The notes: generated by a model not told the origin, from the sequence alone. Positions 1 to 9,532 are shown, numbered from the stretch's first letter. The stretch is 64,000 bases of DNA from a virus (IMGVR_UViG_3300043642_000037:92127-156126); one strand, 5' to 3'. Translations and numbers: made by a program.

Positions 1-227
1 AGCCCCTCGTTGGTCGTGTCGTACACGATGTCGGTGATGGGGTACGTGCAGAACTTCTGCAGCGCGGCGAATATCTGGCTGCAGTTGAAGTAGAGGTATT
101 CGCACAGCCTGAAGAGGTCCTTCAGCTTCCTCGGCGCGAACGCCGTGAGGAAGTCGAACAACGGCGACCCGTGGCTCGACACGTTGTGGAAGGAGAGATC
201 TGCGGCACCGGGATCGCTGTCCAGCAT
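1..227 (-). CDS. N-terminal fragment of a probable virion protein, possibly portal (runs off the window edge)
   Basis: Not in the ORF track. ATG at 227 (-) reads MLDSDPGAADLSFHNVSSHGSPLFDFLTAFAPRKLKDLFRLCEYLYFNCSQIFAALQKFCTYPITDIVYDTTNEG. It resembles, from memory, portal N-termini of large phages with GpA-type terminases. Portal identity is inference. Confidence 0.4.
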   Translation of the reverse strand, partial: MLDSDPGAADLSFHNVSSHGSPLFDFLTAFAPRKLKDLFRLCEYLYFNCSQIFAALQKFCTYPITDIVYDTTNEG

Positions 228-232
228 GGGGA

Positions 233-249
233 TGTTTATCCTATAAACT
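233..249. promoter_or_regulatory. Palindromic site TGTTTA-N5-TAAACT (copy 1)
   Basis: TGTTTA tccta TAAACT in the AT-rich gap between divergent genes. Confidence 0.6.
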
Positions 250-300
250 TTGTAGACATTGCCGCGCGCGTCGTGTAACGGTGCGCAGGAGGTTTTCCGC

Positions 301-2262
301 GTGAACCTTGAGATTCGAGTCGGCGCCGCGGGCAACGGGACGCCCGTGTTCATGGCGACCGGAAGCCACCCGGCGCTGGGTCGCCCGTTCGGGGCGGTCT
401 ACGACTCCGGTCGTCGGCTCTGGATGTACCCGGCGTTCTACCCGGCCTCGAAGAAGGTGCTGGCCGACCTGGACGTGATGTCCAAGGACTTCCACGTCAC
501 GTTCTCCGATGTCGCGCGGCGCCACGTTGGGGATCTCGAGCACGTCGAGGAGAGTGTAGCGAATCGAGCGCTCCCCGTGGGGTTCGAGTACGTGACGCGG
601 CCCTACGATCACCAGGTCCTGGGGCTGTGCCACGCGTGGTGGATGCTTCGTGCCGCGGTGTTCTTCGACCCGGGGCTGGGGAAGTCCAAGATCGCGGTCG
701 ACCTCATCCGGCTGATGCGGCACGTCGGCCGGCGCGGCACGGTCCTCGTCCTTGGCCCCCTGGTCACCGTGACCAACTGGGGTCGGGAGATCGACCGGCA
801 CTCCGGCGGCCAGCTCCGGTGGGTGATCCTTCACGGGTCCCCGGACGAGCGCGCGGACATCCTGTCCTCGATCGTGGAGTCGCCGCCGGACGTCGTGCTT
901 CTCACGTACGACGTGGCCCGCGTGATGTCCGTCGACCTCGTGCGACGGGTGCCGTACGAGGCGATCATATGCGACGAGTCCCATCTGGTGAAGTCGTGGG
1001 ACTCGGGTAGGACGGTCGCGACCTACGACATCGCGCAGAAGGCGTCCCGGCGGGTCCTGATGACGGGGTCCCCGACGCAGGGAGACCCGCGGGACACGTA
1101 CGGCCAGTACAAGATCCTCGGCGACTGCTTCATGCCGGAGGACTACGCGCGGTTCAAGCGCCAGTTCCTGGTGACGCCGAGCCCGCGGTCCCACGCGGTC
1201 ACCGGGTTCAAGAACCTGGACGTGCTGAACGGTCGGGTGACGTTCCTGTCGCTGCGCAAGACGAAGGAGGAGTGCCTCGATCTCCCGGAGCAGGTTGTCG
1301 TGGACGTCCCCTACTCGCTGTCCAGGACGCAGAAGGTGCTGCACAACCAGCTCGTCGAGCAGATGGAGGTCGATCCCGACGTCCTCGCGATCCTCATGTT
1401 CGGGCGACAGGCGACGCTCCCGCCGGCGTCCCGCATGCCGCATCGCGCGGCCATGCTGCTCAAGCTGCTGCAGATCGCGTCCGGGTTCCTCATCACCAAC
1501 CCGATCGACGACGCGTTCTGCGACCAGGCCGAGCCGGGCGGCTGCCGGTACCTCGAGGCCTGCGTGGAGGCCCGGGTTCGCCCGCACACGCCGCGCTGCC
1601 TGGTCGACTCGTCGCGACTTCCCGACGTGCTCACGACGTTCGACGAGAACCCCAAGCTCGACGCGACGGAGGAACTGCTCGAAACAATCCTGGTCAACCC
1701 GACCAACAAGGCGATCATCTGGTGCACGTTCGAGAACGAGCTGAATATCGTGTCCGCCATGCTCGACCGCCGAGGGTGGGGCCACGTCCGCGTCGACGGG
1801 TCCAACAGCCGGGAGGCCCAGGACCTCATCGATCAGTTCACCGTCGACAACGGGCTCCGCGTGTACCTGGCGCAGGTGTCGACCGGCGTCGGCGTGACGA
1901 TCAACGCGGCGTCATACATGATCTACTTCGCGCTCCCGTTCTCGCTGATCGTCTACGAGCAGTCCAAGGATCGAAACTACCGGATCGGGCAGACGCGGAA
2001 GGCCACGGTGTATAGGATGCAGGGCGAGGGGACGCCTGAGCCGGCGATCGCGCGCCTTCTCGACGTCAAGATCGACGTCGACGACGCGCTCACGCGGCGC
2101 ACCGACTGCCTGCGCTGCGAGCACAATCCCACGTGCATTCCGGCGGGCGTTCACCCGTTCGACGCCGGGTGCTCCGTGTACAAGAGAAACATTGACAGAC
2201 CGGTCACGCGAGCCCGCTCGTTCGAGGGGGCCGACGCGCCGGACGAGACGGAGGAACCTTGA
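301..2262 (+). CDS. SNF2/Rad54-family SF2 helicase
   Basis: Motifs FFDPGLGKS (I), DESH (II), MTGSP (III), STGVGVTINAAS (V), QSKDRNYRIGQ (VI). Start uncertain (259, 301 or 352). Confidence 0.9.
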   Translation: MNLEIRVGAAGNGTPVFMATGSHPALGRPFGAVYDSGRRLWMYPAFYPASKKVLADLDVMSKDFHVTFSDVARRHVGDLEHVEESVANRALPVGFEYVTRPYDHQVLGLCHAWWMLRAAVFFDPGLGKSKIAVDLIRLMRHVGRRGTVLVLGPLVTVTNWGREIDRHSGGQLRWVILHGSPDERADILSSIVESPPDVVLLTYDVARVMSVDLVRRVPYEAIICDESHLVKSWDSGRTVATYDIAQKASRRVLMTGSPTQGDPRDTYGQYKILGDCFMPEDYARFKRQFLVTPSPRSHAVTGFKNLDVLNGRVTFLSLRKTKEECLDLPEQVVVDVPYSLSRTQKVLHNQLVEQMEVDPDVLAILMFGRQATLPPASRMPHRAAMLLKLLQIASGFLITNPIDDAFCDQAEPGGCRYLEACVEARVRPHTPRCLVDSSRLPDVLTTFDENPKLDATEELLETILVNPTNKAIIWCTFENELNIVSAMLDRRGWGHVRVDGSNSREAQDLIDQFTVDNGLRVYLAQVSTGVGVTINAASYMIYFALPFSLIVYEQSKDRNYRIGQTRKATVYRMQGEGTPEPAIARLLDVKIDVDDALTRRTDCLRCEHNPTCIPAGVHPFDAGCSVYKRNIDRPVTRARSFEGADAPDETEEP

Positions 2263-2711
2263 AGAACAAGACCACCTACGAGATGAGCGACATCATGGGT
2301 CTCATCACCAGAGACCTCGAGGAGAAGGGTCTCGCGCCCGACTCCGCGTCGGTCGAGATCTGGGGCCGCGTGGACGGAGCCCGCATCAGCGTAAAGGAGA
2401 TCGAGATCGAGGCCAACGTGTCCTGGGTCGGGGTTCCCGAGCAGGGCGATGCCAGGGCCGCCGCGCCCCGGGCGCGCAACCGTCGCGAGCCGGACCTGGA
2501 GGCGGAGCCCGCCCCGCAGGACCTTCTCGATGAAGCGCCCCGACCCGGCGGCGGGCCCGCGCTCGAGATCGGAATCGACGAGGTCACGGCCGCCAGCACT
2601 CGCATCGCGCGGTCGGGCGGGCCAGGTCCGTTCTCGCCGGAGCGCGTGAAGCGCCGGCTGACGGAGGGCGAGTCGACCGAGTATCCGGGCACCACCCCGA
2701 GGGAGCGCTGA
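2259..2711 (+). CDS. hypothetical protein
   Basis: TTG start with GGAGG RBS; overlaps both neighbouring genes. Confidence 0.7.
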   Translation: MKNKTTYEMSDIMGLITRDLEEKGLAPDSASVEIWGRVDGARISVKEIEIEANVSWVGVPEQGDARAAAPRARNRREPDLEAEPAPQDLLDEAPRPGGGPALEIGIDEVTAASTRIARSGGPGPFSPERVKRRLTEGESTEYPGTTPRER

Positions 2712-3631
2712 TGGCGACCGGGATGGAGGACGTCGAGGATCTCATCGATCCGGCGATCAGCATGCCGTCCGAGGTCGAGCCGGAGATGTCCGACCTCCTG
2801 CCGCGCGGGTATCTGTCGGTGTCGCAGGCCGCGACGTTCATCAAGTGCCCGCGCCAGTGGGCGCTGCTGTACGTCGAGCAGAAGGCGCGACGGGCGTCCG
2901 CGCGGATGCTTCAGGGCGTGTTCGTTCACACGGCCGTGGAGATTGTCCTCAAGGAGATTCTGGCCACCGGAAAGCTCCCGCCGCTGGCGCTGGCGACGGA
3001 CACGTTCGCGGACACCTTCGAGGCCAACAAGAGCCTCATCGACGACTGGGAGGACTCGCAACCCGGCCTCGTCAAGGACGTTGGCATCGAGTGCGCGAAG
3101 ATCTTCCACCAGAACGCGGGACCGACCTCCACGCCGGTCTCGGTCGAGACCACGTTCCACGTGGTGATCAGGTCCGAGGACGGCAAGGTCCGGCTCCCGA
3201 TCCTGGGGCGCATCGACAGCACGCAGGTCCAGGCGCACACCGACGCCGAGTACCAGCAGATTCGAGAGGACCTCGCCGCGGGGAAGCCGTCACGCAAGCC
3301 GCTGAGGATCCACGACCTCAAGGTGTCCGCGGACAAGAAGAACGAGGCCGACATCGAGAACAGCCTCCAGTTCGCCACGTACGCGCACGTCGAGGGCATC
3401 CCCGACGTTCAAATCGACAACCTGGTCAAGGGACGCGCCAAGGTCCCGAGGCCTCGCTACGAGAAGGTCACCGGCGTCATCACGCCGCGACAGGCCAAGC
3501 ACGCGCTGCGAGTCCTCGAGGGCGCCGCCCGCTCCATCGCGCTAGGTCACTTTCCGTGCACCGATCCGGACAACTGGTGGTGCTCCTCGAAGTGGTGCCC
3601 CGTGTGGAAACATTGCAGGGGTGCCGACTGA
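2711..3631 (+). CDS. PD-(D/E)xK nuclease, Cas4/RecB-like with Fe-S cysteines
   Basis: SVSQ..KCPRQW, GRID, HDLKVS, QFATY, C-terminal CSSKWCPVWKHC. Confidence 0.85.
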   Translation: MATGMEDVEDLIDPAISMPSEVEPEMSDLLPRGYLSVSQAATFIKCPRQWALLYVEQKARRASARMLQGVFVHTAVEIVLKEILATGKLPPLALATDTFADTFEANKSLIDDWEDSQPGLVKDVGIECAKIFHQNAGPTSTPVSVETTFHVVIRSEDGKVRLPILGRIDSTQVQAHTDAEYQQIREDLAAGKPSRKPLRIHDLKVSADKKNEADIENSLQFATYAHVEGIPDVQIDNLVKGRAKVPRPRYEKVTGVITPRQAKHALRVLEGAARSIALGHFPCTDPDNWWCSSKWCPVWKHCRGAD

Positions 3632-3912
3632 TGGTGAGCCTGAATGACCAGGTGGAATTCCGTGTTTTTCTGGTTTGGAAACTCATGGACCATGGCCCTG
3701 TTCTCGTGGCCATCGACACAAGTCAGTCCCGTGCAGATCAACATGTCCTCCTTGTTCGGGATGAGGCTCGATGCCTCGAGAAACCAATCCCCGAAACGTT
3801 CGTCGAGGAATCGAAGCTGAACCATCTGTACGGGCAAACGGTTTCAGACATCTCGAGCTTCAAGTACGCTTCTGCACTTTCAAAACTCCGCAACAAGACC
3901 AAGGATTACTAG
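3631..3912 (+). CDS. hypothetical protein (MVSLNDQVEF...)
   Basis: ATG overlaps the upstream stop; C-terminal part of track ORF 2845..3912; more AT-rich than its neighbours. Confidence 0.6.
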   Translation: MVSLNDQVEFRVFLVWKLMDHGPVLVAIDTSQSRADQHVLLVRDEARCLEKPIPETFVEESKLNHLYGQTVSDISSFKYASALSKLRNKTKDY

Positions 3913-4404
3913 ATGAGCAACGCCAACAAGAGCATCCCCGCCACGCCCCCCGCCCCCGCAGCTGTTCCATCTCCGGTCGCTACGTCGCCGGCCGTCGCAT
4001 CCGTCAAGCCACCGATCGCGGTCGTCGCTGGTGACGTCAAGGTTTCCGCAGGAAACGAAACTCCGGTTTCGCTGTCGGCGGTCTCACCCGCGGTGGTTTC
4101 GTCGGATGAAAGCGATGATAAAGACAAGATCCAGTACTTCATCATCGTGGGAAAGATCGAAACATTCCCGGACGTCTCCACGGCGGAGAAGTTTCTCAAC
4201 TCGCCCGACGCGCCGGTGTGCACGGTGATCTACGGTAAAGTCTCGTTGGTCAACGAGTGGCATATCACCACGGGCAAGATCCACTCGTTCAAGACCCTCG
4301 TGAAGGCGCAGAAGTTTCTCAAGGAGTCCACGGCGCCCAAGGAGTTCGTTATGGTCCGTGGACGAATCACGGTGCCCGAGGTCCGGGTCTCGCTGCGCAG
4401 CTAA
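3913..4404 (+). CDS. hypothetical protein with Pro/Ala-rich N-terminus and a tandem ~36-aa repeat
   Basis: Two units of GKIxxFxxxxxAxKFLxxxxAP. Confidence 0.7.
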   Translation: MSNANKSIPATPPAPAAVPSPVATSPAVASVKPPIAVVAGDVKVSAGNETPVSLSAVSPAVVSSDESDDKDKIQYFIIVGKIETFPDVSTAEKFLNSPDAPVCTVIYGKVSLVNEWHITTGKIHSFKTLVKAQKFLKESTAPKEFVMVRGRITVPEVRVSLRS

Positions 4405-4422
4405 CCGGAGTAACCTGTAGCC

Positions 4423-4596
4423 ATGGAAAAGTACGGAGTCGATGTCACCGACACCGCCAAGGTGTCCGAGGATCTAACAGTTACCCGGCGCTGTGGGGCT
4501 TGCGGCTCCAGGCTCGAGTCGTCCTCGAACGTGCCCAAGTGCCCGCGCTGCGGCACCGAGCCGTTCGAATCGTCGACGACGATTCGGAAGCCGTGA
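4423..4596 (+). CDS. small zinc-ribbon protein (57 aa)
   Basis: Not in the track. MEKYGVDV...CGACGSRL...CPRCGTEPFE, with GGAG upstream. Confidence 0.7.
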   Translation: MEKYGVDVTDTAKVSEDLTVTRRCGACGSRLESSSNVPKCPRCGTEPFESSTTIRKP

Positions 4597-4841
4597 GCGG
4601 AAAGCAGCGCAAGGGGTCCAGCGGCACGAGCCAGCGGGTTACCGGTGAGGTGGTCGGACGCCTCAAGGCAATCCGCGCGCTGTACTTCGCGGTGATGAAC
4701 GATCCGACCTACTCCATGGCCGACCTGTCCGACGAGTTCTACAGCAAGGTCGGCGACGTGCTCAGCGGCATGTCGCTTGCCGACCTGACGTACTACAGGA
4801 TTTCCAAGACGCGCGTGCTGGAGCACGCGAAGGACGCCTGA
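4593..4841 (+). CDS. hypothetical protein
   Basis: GTGA overlap with the preceding gene; C-terminal part of track ORF 4257..4841. Confidence 0.6.
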   Translation: MSGKQRKGSSGTSQRVTGEVVGRLKAIRALYFAVMNDPTYSMADLSDEFYSKVGDVLSGMSLADLTYYRISKTRVLEHAKDA

Positions 4842-4999
4842 TGCGACGAATCACCGCCAGCTCCCGCGTCCGGGAGGCGGGCCTGTTCCTACTGCGCGTT
4901 GCCACGCTAGGCTCGGCGGTCCTGGTACTCAAGGACCCCAAGGCTCGCGTGGCTGCGATCAACCAGCTCGGTCAGATGGCACGCCAGCTGATCGGATGA
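4841..4999 (+). CDS. small hypothetical protein (52 aa)
   Basis: TGATG overlap; MRRITASSRVREAGLFLLRVATLGSAVLVLKDPK... Confidence 0.45.
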   Translation: MRRITASSRVREAGLFLLRVATLGSAVLVLKDPKARVAAINQLGQMARQLIG

Positions 5000-5012
5000 C
5001 CTAGAGGACCTC

Positions 5013-5960
5013 ATGAGCAACGCAACCGAGGAAGAGACGAAGGCGGCGAAGTTCAAGCCGCCGTTCGTGGCGTTCGCCGACATCGAAATCGGCGACAACA
5101 TCAGCGATCAGAAGACGGGACGGATGAAGCTCGACCTCGAGAACTCGGTGGACCTCGAGTTCGCGCTCAGCATCGATCGGGAGGGGTTGATCTCGCCCCT
5201 GGCCGTCCGGGAGGGTGGACCCGCGCGAACCACCGGCAAGCGCAAGGTCGTGCTCGACTGCGGGTACCGCAGGTACGGTGCGATCGGGCTGCTTCGCGAG
5301 AACAAGGTTCCGGGGCAGAAGACGAAGGCGTCGTCCTGGAACCAGATCCCGGTTCGCTACGTGAAGGGCGACGAGGAGGACCAGGACGTCCGGAACCTGG
5401 TGGAGAACCTCCAGCGCCTCAATCTCGACCCCTACCAGGAGGGCGCCGCGATCAAGGCGTACATGGAGAAGCACAAGACGACGCAGACCGAGGTCGCCCA
5501 CCGGCTCGGAAAGTCCGAGCCCTGGGTGTCCCAGCGCCTGTCCATGCTCCGCAACTCCAGCGACGAGGTGAAGCAGGCGTACGACGACGGCATCATCTCC
5601 GCCACGATGGTTCGGGAGATCACGGACCTGCCCAAGGACAAGCAGCCGGGCCTGGTCCAGTCCCTGCGCAAGCAGGCCGCCTCGGGCAAGTATCCGACTG
5701 TCGAGGACGTCAAGGAGGACATCGCCAAGATCCCGTCGCCGAAGAAGAAGACCGGGCGCAAGGCGAACACGTTCGACCAGGACAAGATCCTCCTTGCGAA
5801 GGAGACCTACGCGAACAAGAAGATCATGCCCCGCCCGCGCCTGGCCCTGTTGGAGGTGCTCGGCGCGCTCGTCACGCGCGAGCAGCGTAACGCGACCGAC
5901 AAGACCAAGTACCAGCTCCAGACCATCGAGTACGTGCTCGGCCTACGTGACACCCTGTGA
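5013..5960 (+). CDS. parB: ParB/Spo0J/KorB-family protein (ParB N-terminal CTPase domain + HTH)
   Basis: GLISPLAVR, GYRR arginine patch, ENLQRLNL, HTH TQTEVAHRLGKSEPWVSQRL. Confidence 0.9.
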   Translation: MSNATEEETKAAKFKPPFVAFADIEIGDNISDQKTGRMKLDLENSVDLEFALSIDREGLISPLAVREGGPARTTGKRKVVLDCGYRRYGAIGLLRENKVPGQKTKASSWNQIPVRYVKGDEEDQDVRNLVENLQRLNLDPYQEGAAIKAYMEKHKTTQTEVAHRLGKSEPWVSQRLSMLRNSSDEVKQAYDDGIISATMVREITDLPKDKQPGLVQSLRKQAASGKYPTVEDVKEDIAKIPSPKKKTGRKANTFDQDKILLAKETYANKKIMPRPRLALLEVLGALVTREQRNATDKTKYQLQTIEYVLGLRDTL

Positions 5961-6457
5961 AGCTCGCGGAGTACGTGATGTCCCTGCGCGAGGGCGCGGA
6001 CCCCCGACGGGACGCCTCGTCGGACCCCGTGGCGCGCGAGGTTGTCATCCAGCTTCGCGACCACGCGCCGCCCACGCTCCTGGGGCGGCTCGCGAAGCTG
6101 GATCGCATCGGACTGCTCAACGGCGATGTGCTGATGTCACTGATCGCGCAGGCGCCCATCGATCCGCTCAACCTGTTCGCCACGATCCAGCAGAGCAGCC
6201 CGGGCGAGTGGGCGTTCAGCGGGATCGACTTCGGGGTGGTGCGCGTGCTCGCGCGAAACGCCGCGGGGAACGTCGCCGCCGCGGTGCGCATCGACCTGAT
6301 GGACTCGAGCGTCAGCACGCTGGTCCTCAACCAGGCGGGGCAGCTCACGCCGTTCCGGCGCTACGAGCCCGAGGGGGCGAGGATCCTGGAGCAGGTCCAG
6401 GCGATGTGTGACGCGGCCATCGCCGCCGCCGCTAGGGAGTCTGCGCCGGCTCGCTGA
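5957..6457 (+). CDS. hypothetical protein
   Basis: GTGA overlap with parB; typical codon usage. Confidence 0.65.
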   Translation: MKLAEYVMSLREGADPRRDASSDPVAREVVIQLRDHAPPTLLGRLAKLDRIGLLNGDVLMSLIAQAPIDPLNLFATIQQSSPGEWAFSGIDFGVVRVLARNAAGNVAAAVRIDLMDSSVSTLVLNQAGQLTPFRRYEPEGARILEQVQAMCDAAIAAAARESAPAR

Positions 6458-7313
6458 CCAGCCCGAAGAGCGAAGAGTCGGCCTCGAGGTCGCGGCGAAG
6501 GACGTCGGACTCGAGACTGTGCCGGACGAGGCGGAGCGCGACGACCTTGATTTGGCGCACGCGCTCCGGGGTCATCGACATGATCTTCCCGATCTGCTCG
6601 AGGCTGCGAGGCTCGTCCCTGACGCCGAAGTGGAGGCGAATGATGGTCGCCTCCCGCATCGGTAGCCGGGACAACGCGGCCTCGAGCAGGTCGGAGAGCT
6701 GCTTCGCGTGGTAGTCGCTGGCAATCTCGATCCCGGAGCCAAGCTCCTCGTCGCACACGTCCTCGATGCGCACGACGGGGTAGGTGACGCACTCGACGGC
6801 GGATGCAGCCTCGGAGCGCAGGCCGTGCTGGGTGGCCGCTATCCGCTGGGCGTGCGCCTGCTTGCGCTGCTCCTTCTGCTTGTGTGTGGGGATGTGCACC
6901 GTCGAGCTGGACGCGTAGTCCTGGTCCATCATCTCCTTGTACACCCACGTCCCCGCGTAGGTGAGGAACCGGATGTACGGGGTTCTCTCGGGATTGAAGT
7001 GTCCCGGCTCGATCGCGCGCAGCAGGCCGAGATTGCCCGCGGCGATGTAGTCCTGCAGTGCGTTGCGATCGTTGGTCTTGCGGTGCGCCTGGCGGACCAC
7101 GAAGCGGAGATGGCTCTGGACCACGATGTCCCGGGCCCGCGTGTCCCTGTGCCGCTGCCACAGCCGGATGAAGACCCGCTCCTCCTCGGGGTCCGTCACC
7201 GCCCTGGTGCTTCCTATGCTCGCGTAGTACGAGCGACGGCTGTCTTCCTCATTCGCCAGGCGGCGGACCATGCGAGGACGATCGTGTGTCCTTGGACGGA
7301 AAGACTGGCGCAT
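6432..7313 (-). CDS. sigma-70 family RNA polymerase sigma factor (RpoD/RpoS-like)
   Basis: SHLRFVVRQA, DYIAAGNLGLLRAI, RFLTYAGTWV, region 4 LPMREATIIRLHFG..SLEQIGKIMSMTPERVRQIK. The start may be the ATG at 7271. Confidence 0.92.
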   Translation of the reverse strand: MRQSFRPRTHDRPRMVRRLANEEDSRRSYYASIGSTRAVTDPEEERVFIRLWQRHRDTRARDIVVQSHLRFVVRQAHRKTNDRNALQDYIAAGNLGLLRAIEPGHFNPERTPYIRFLTYAGTWVYKEMMDQDYASSSTVHIPTHKQKEQRKQAHAQRIAATQHGLRSEAASAVECVTYPVVRIEDVCDEELGSGIEIASDYHAKQLSDLLEAALSRLPMREATIIRLHFGVRDEPRSLEQIGKIMSMTPERVRQIKVVALRLVRHSLESDVLRRDLEADSSLFGLVSEPAQTP

Positions 7314-7541
7314 TCAGCTTCGACCACACTAGCGGAGCGAGGCCGCGTCTTCAAGAGGCCTTCCACGCGTGGAACCTCCACGCGCGCCTCACGGCCGGGA
7401 TCGACGCACCGGGGCGGACCCTCGAACGAAACCTAGCCCGCTTGCTTTTACGGCACCCGGGCGCCTAGACTGCGAGACCGAATCAGTCGAAACCATCGAT
7501 TGAGACGATCACAACAACGGAAGTAAGGGAATAAAGGAATC

Positions 7542-8642
7542 ATGAGCACGAAGAGCAAGAACGACAAGAACGGCGCGAAGACGGAGAACAAGACCGAGGC
7601 GAAGCAGGAGGTCGCGTCGATCCCGACGGAGACCTCGGAGACCGCGCTCGCGGCGCCCAAGCCGACCTCGGTAGCGCGGTCTCGCAAGCTCGCGCCTGCG
7701 CGGGGTCTCGCCCTGATGAACAGGGACCCGGTGGAGCTTGACGACGCCGTGGTTGCCGCGATGGACGAGCTAATCGCGCTGTCGACTGATCCCACGCTGC
7801 CGTCCCAGTACCAGAAGGTCGTCGCCGAGCTAGTGACGCAGGCGTCGACCGAGAAGCCGGGCATGGAGGAGGTCGTCCTCGGCTGGAAAATCCCGCTGAT
7901 CCAGATCAACCAGCCGACCACGACCTCGGCCTCCAAGCCGGACACCGCCAAGCTGGGGGACATCTTCACCAGCGAGGGCAAGGTCCTCGAAAAGCCGTTC
8001 GGATTCCTGGTGTTCTCGCTGTTCCAGGAGAACGTCAACTTCCCGCAGGGCGCCAAGATCCCGGCGTGCACGGCGCCGGATGCGCAGCTTGGCAACACCT
8101 ACGGCAAGTGCGTCGATTGCCCACACCTGCCGTACGGGATGCAGGGAGCCGGAGACCAGAAGGTCACGGACTGCCAGAACCAGATCACGGTCGTGATCGC
8201 AACCACGGACCTGTCTAAGATCTACATGATCAGGTTCGCGAAGACCTCCAGGAAAGCAGGATCCGCGCTGCAGTCGCTTGCTGGCGCCAGCGGTCGCATG
8301 TGGGACAACAGCTTCCTGCTATCGACGGAGAAGGGGACGGGCACCCAAGGCAACTACTTCATCTTCAAGGTGGAGCCGACAGGCAAGCACAACGACGAGC
8401 ACGCACGTCGCATCGCGCAGACGCTGTGCAACCTGTATCGCGCAGAACGCGACCGGGCGCTCGCGGATCACTATCGCGCGGCGGCCTCGGCCCCGGCCAC
8501 CGCGGCGGCTGCCGAGGCCTCGTTCGAGGGCAGCAAGCTGGACGCAGGTCTCGCAGGCGAGACGGAGTCGTACGACTTGGGGGAGGGGGCGACGCCGGCG
8601 GTGGGCGCAGGTACGGTTCGGACCGCAGCCAAGCCGATGTGA
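7542..8642 (+). CDS. hypothetical replication protein, possibly ssDNA-binding
   Basis: AAGGA RBS; Cys cluster CTAPD..CVDCPH..C; sits directly upstream of the nuclease and primase. The SSB role is inferred from position only. Confidence 0.4.
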   Translation: MSTKSKNDKNGAKTENKTEAKQEVASIPTETSETALAAPKPTSVARSRKLAPARGLALMNRDPVELDDAVVAAMDELIALSTDPTLPSQYQKVVAELVTQASTEKPGMEEVVLGWKIPLIQINQPTTTSASKPDTAKLGDIFTSEGKVLEKPFGFLVFSLFQENVNFPQGAKIPACTAPDAQLGNTYGKCVDCPHLPYGMQGAGDQKVTDCQNQITVVIATTDLSKIYMIRFAKTSRKAGSALQSLAGASGRMWDNSFLLSTEKGTGTQGNYFIFKVEPTGKHNDEHARRIAQTLCNLYRAERDRALADHYRAAASAPATAAAAEASFEGSKLDAGLAGETESYDLGEGATPAVGAGTVRTAAKPM

Positions 8643-8704
8643 CGCGTCGGCCGCGCCCTCGGCGGCCTTTGTCGACTCAGATCCCCTAGCAACGAGGTGC
8701 GGCC

Positions 8705-9532
8705 GTGGCCCAGGCATTGACCGTGACCCCGGCGGCGTTGAAGCACGCCGCGTGGTCGTTCTCGAAGATGGAAACAGGCGAGTCCTGCCCCGCGCAGTTC
8801 AAGCACAAGCACATCCTGCGGACGGCCGCGGGACCGTCGGCGCCGGAGACCGTGGTCGGCACCGCAGCCCACGGCGTCCTGGAGCATCGGGTCAAGGGCA
8901 CCAGCGCCTCCGACGCAAAGAAGATCGCGCTCGCGAACACGCCGCTGACCTCGGACGAGCAGGACATGCTGCGCACGCTCGAGGACCGCATGGACTCGTT
9001 CATGCGAAAGTTCGACGGGTTCTGCAAACGCGAGGGCGTGAAGCGCATCCTGGTAGAGGAGGCGTGGGGAATCACCTCGACGTTCCAGCAGGCGGACTTC
9101 TTCGCCAAGGACGTCTTCTTTCGCGGCAAGGTCGACCTTGGGGTGGTCACGCGCCACGACGACCTGGTCGTGATCGACCACAAGTCAGGCGTGGCGAAGG
9201 ACCTCAAACGGGACCTCAAGAAGCGCCAGCAGCTGTGGTCGTACTACGTGCTCGCGCTCCCCAACGTTCCCGGCGTGAACGGCGTTCGTGGGGCGATTCA
9301 CTTCCTGCAGGGCGACGAGGCCAAGGCGGTGCAGTGGATGGAGAACTACGACGACGCGACCCGCGTCCGCGAGGTGTACGCCCCCTGGCTGTTCTCGCGA
9401 ATCAACGAGATCGCCGAGACGCTAGTCGAGCCATTCGTCGCCAAGCCCAAGCTCCGGTGGCCCTGTGAGTGGTGCACGTACCGAGGCAGCTGCGGGCCGT
9501 TCCAGGAGACCTACGGTGGCCAAACGAGCTAA
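8705..9532 (+). CDS. PD-(D/E)xK nuclease, RecB/Cas4-like
   Basis: WSFSK..CPAQF, GTAAHGVLE, FRGKVDL, IDHKSG, QLWSY, CEWCTYRGSC. Confidence 0.88.
   Translation: MAQALTVTPAALKHAAWSFSKMETGESCPAQFKHKHILRTAAGPSAPETVVGTAAHGVLEHRVKGTSASDAKKIALANTPLTSDEQDMLRTLEDRMDSFMRKFDGFCKREGVKRILVEEAWGITSTFQQADFFAKDVFFRGKVDLGVVTRHDDLVVIDHKSGVAKDLKRDLKKRQQLWSYYVLALPNVPGVNGVRGAIHFLQGDEAKAVQWMENYDDATRVREVYAPWLFSRINEIAETLVEPFVAKPKLRWPCEWCTYRGSCGPFQETYGGQTS

Noticed and set aside
2711-9532. CRISPR-Cas system suggested by Cas4-like genes (and by DinG, as in type IV)
   Set aside because: No repeat-spacer array, cas1/2 or cas5/6/7-like genes were seen in the window
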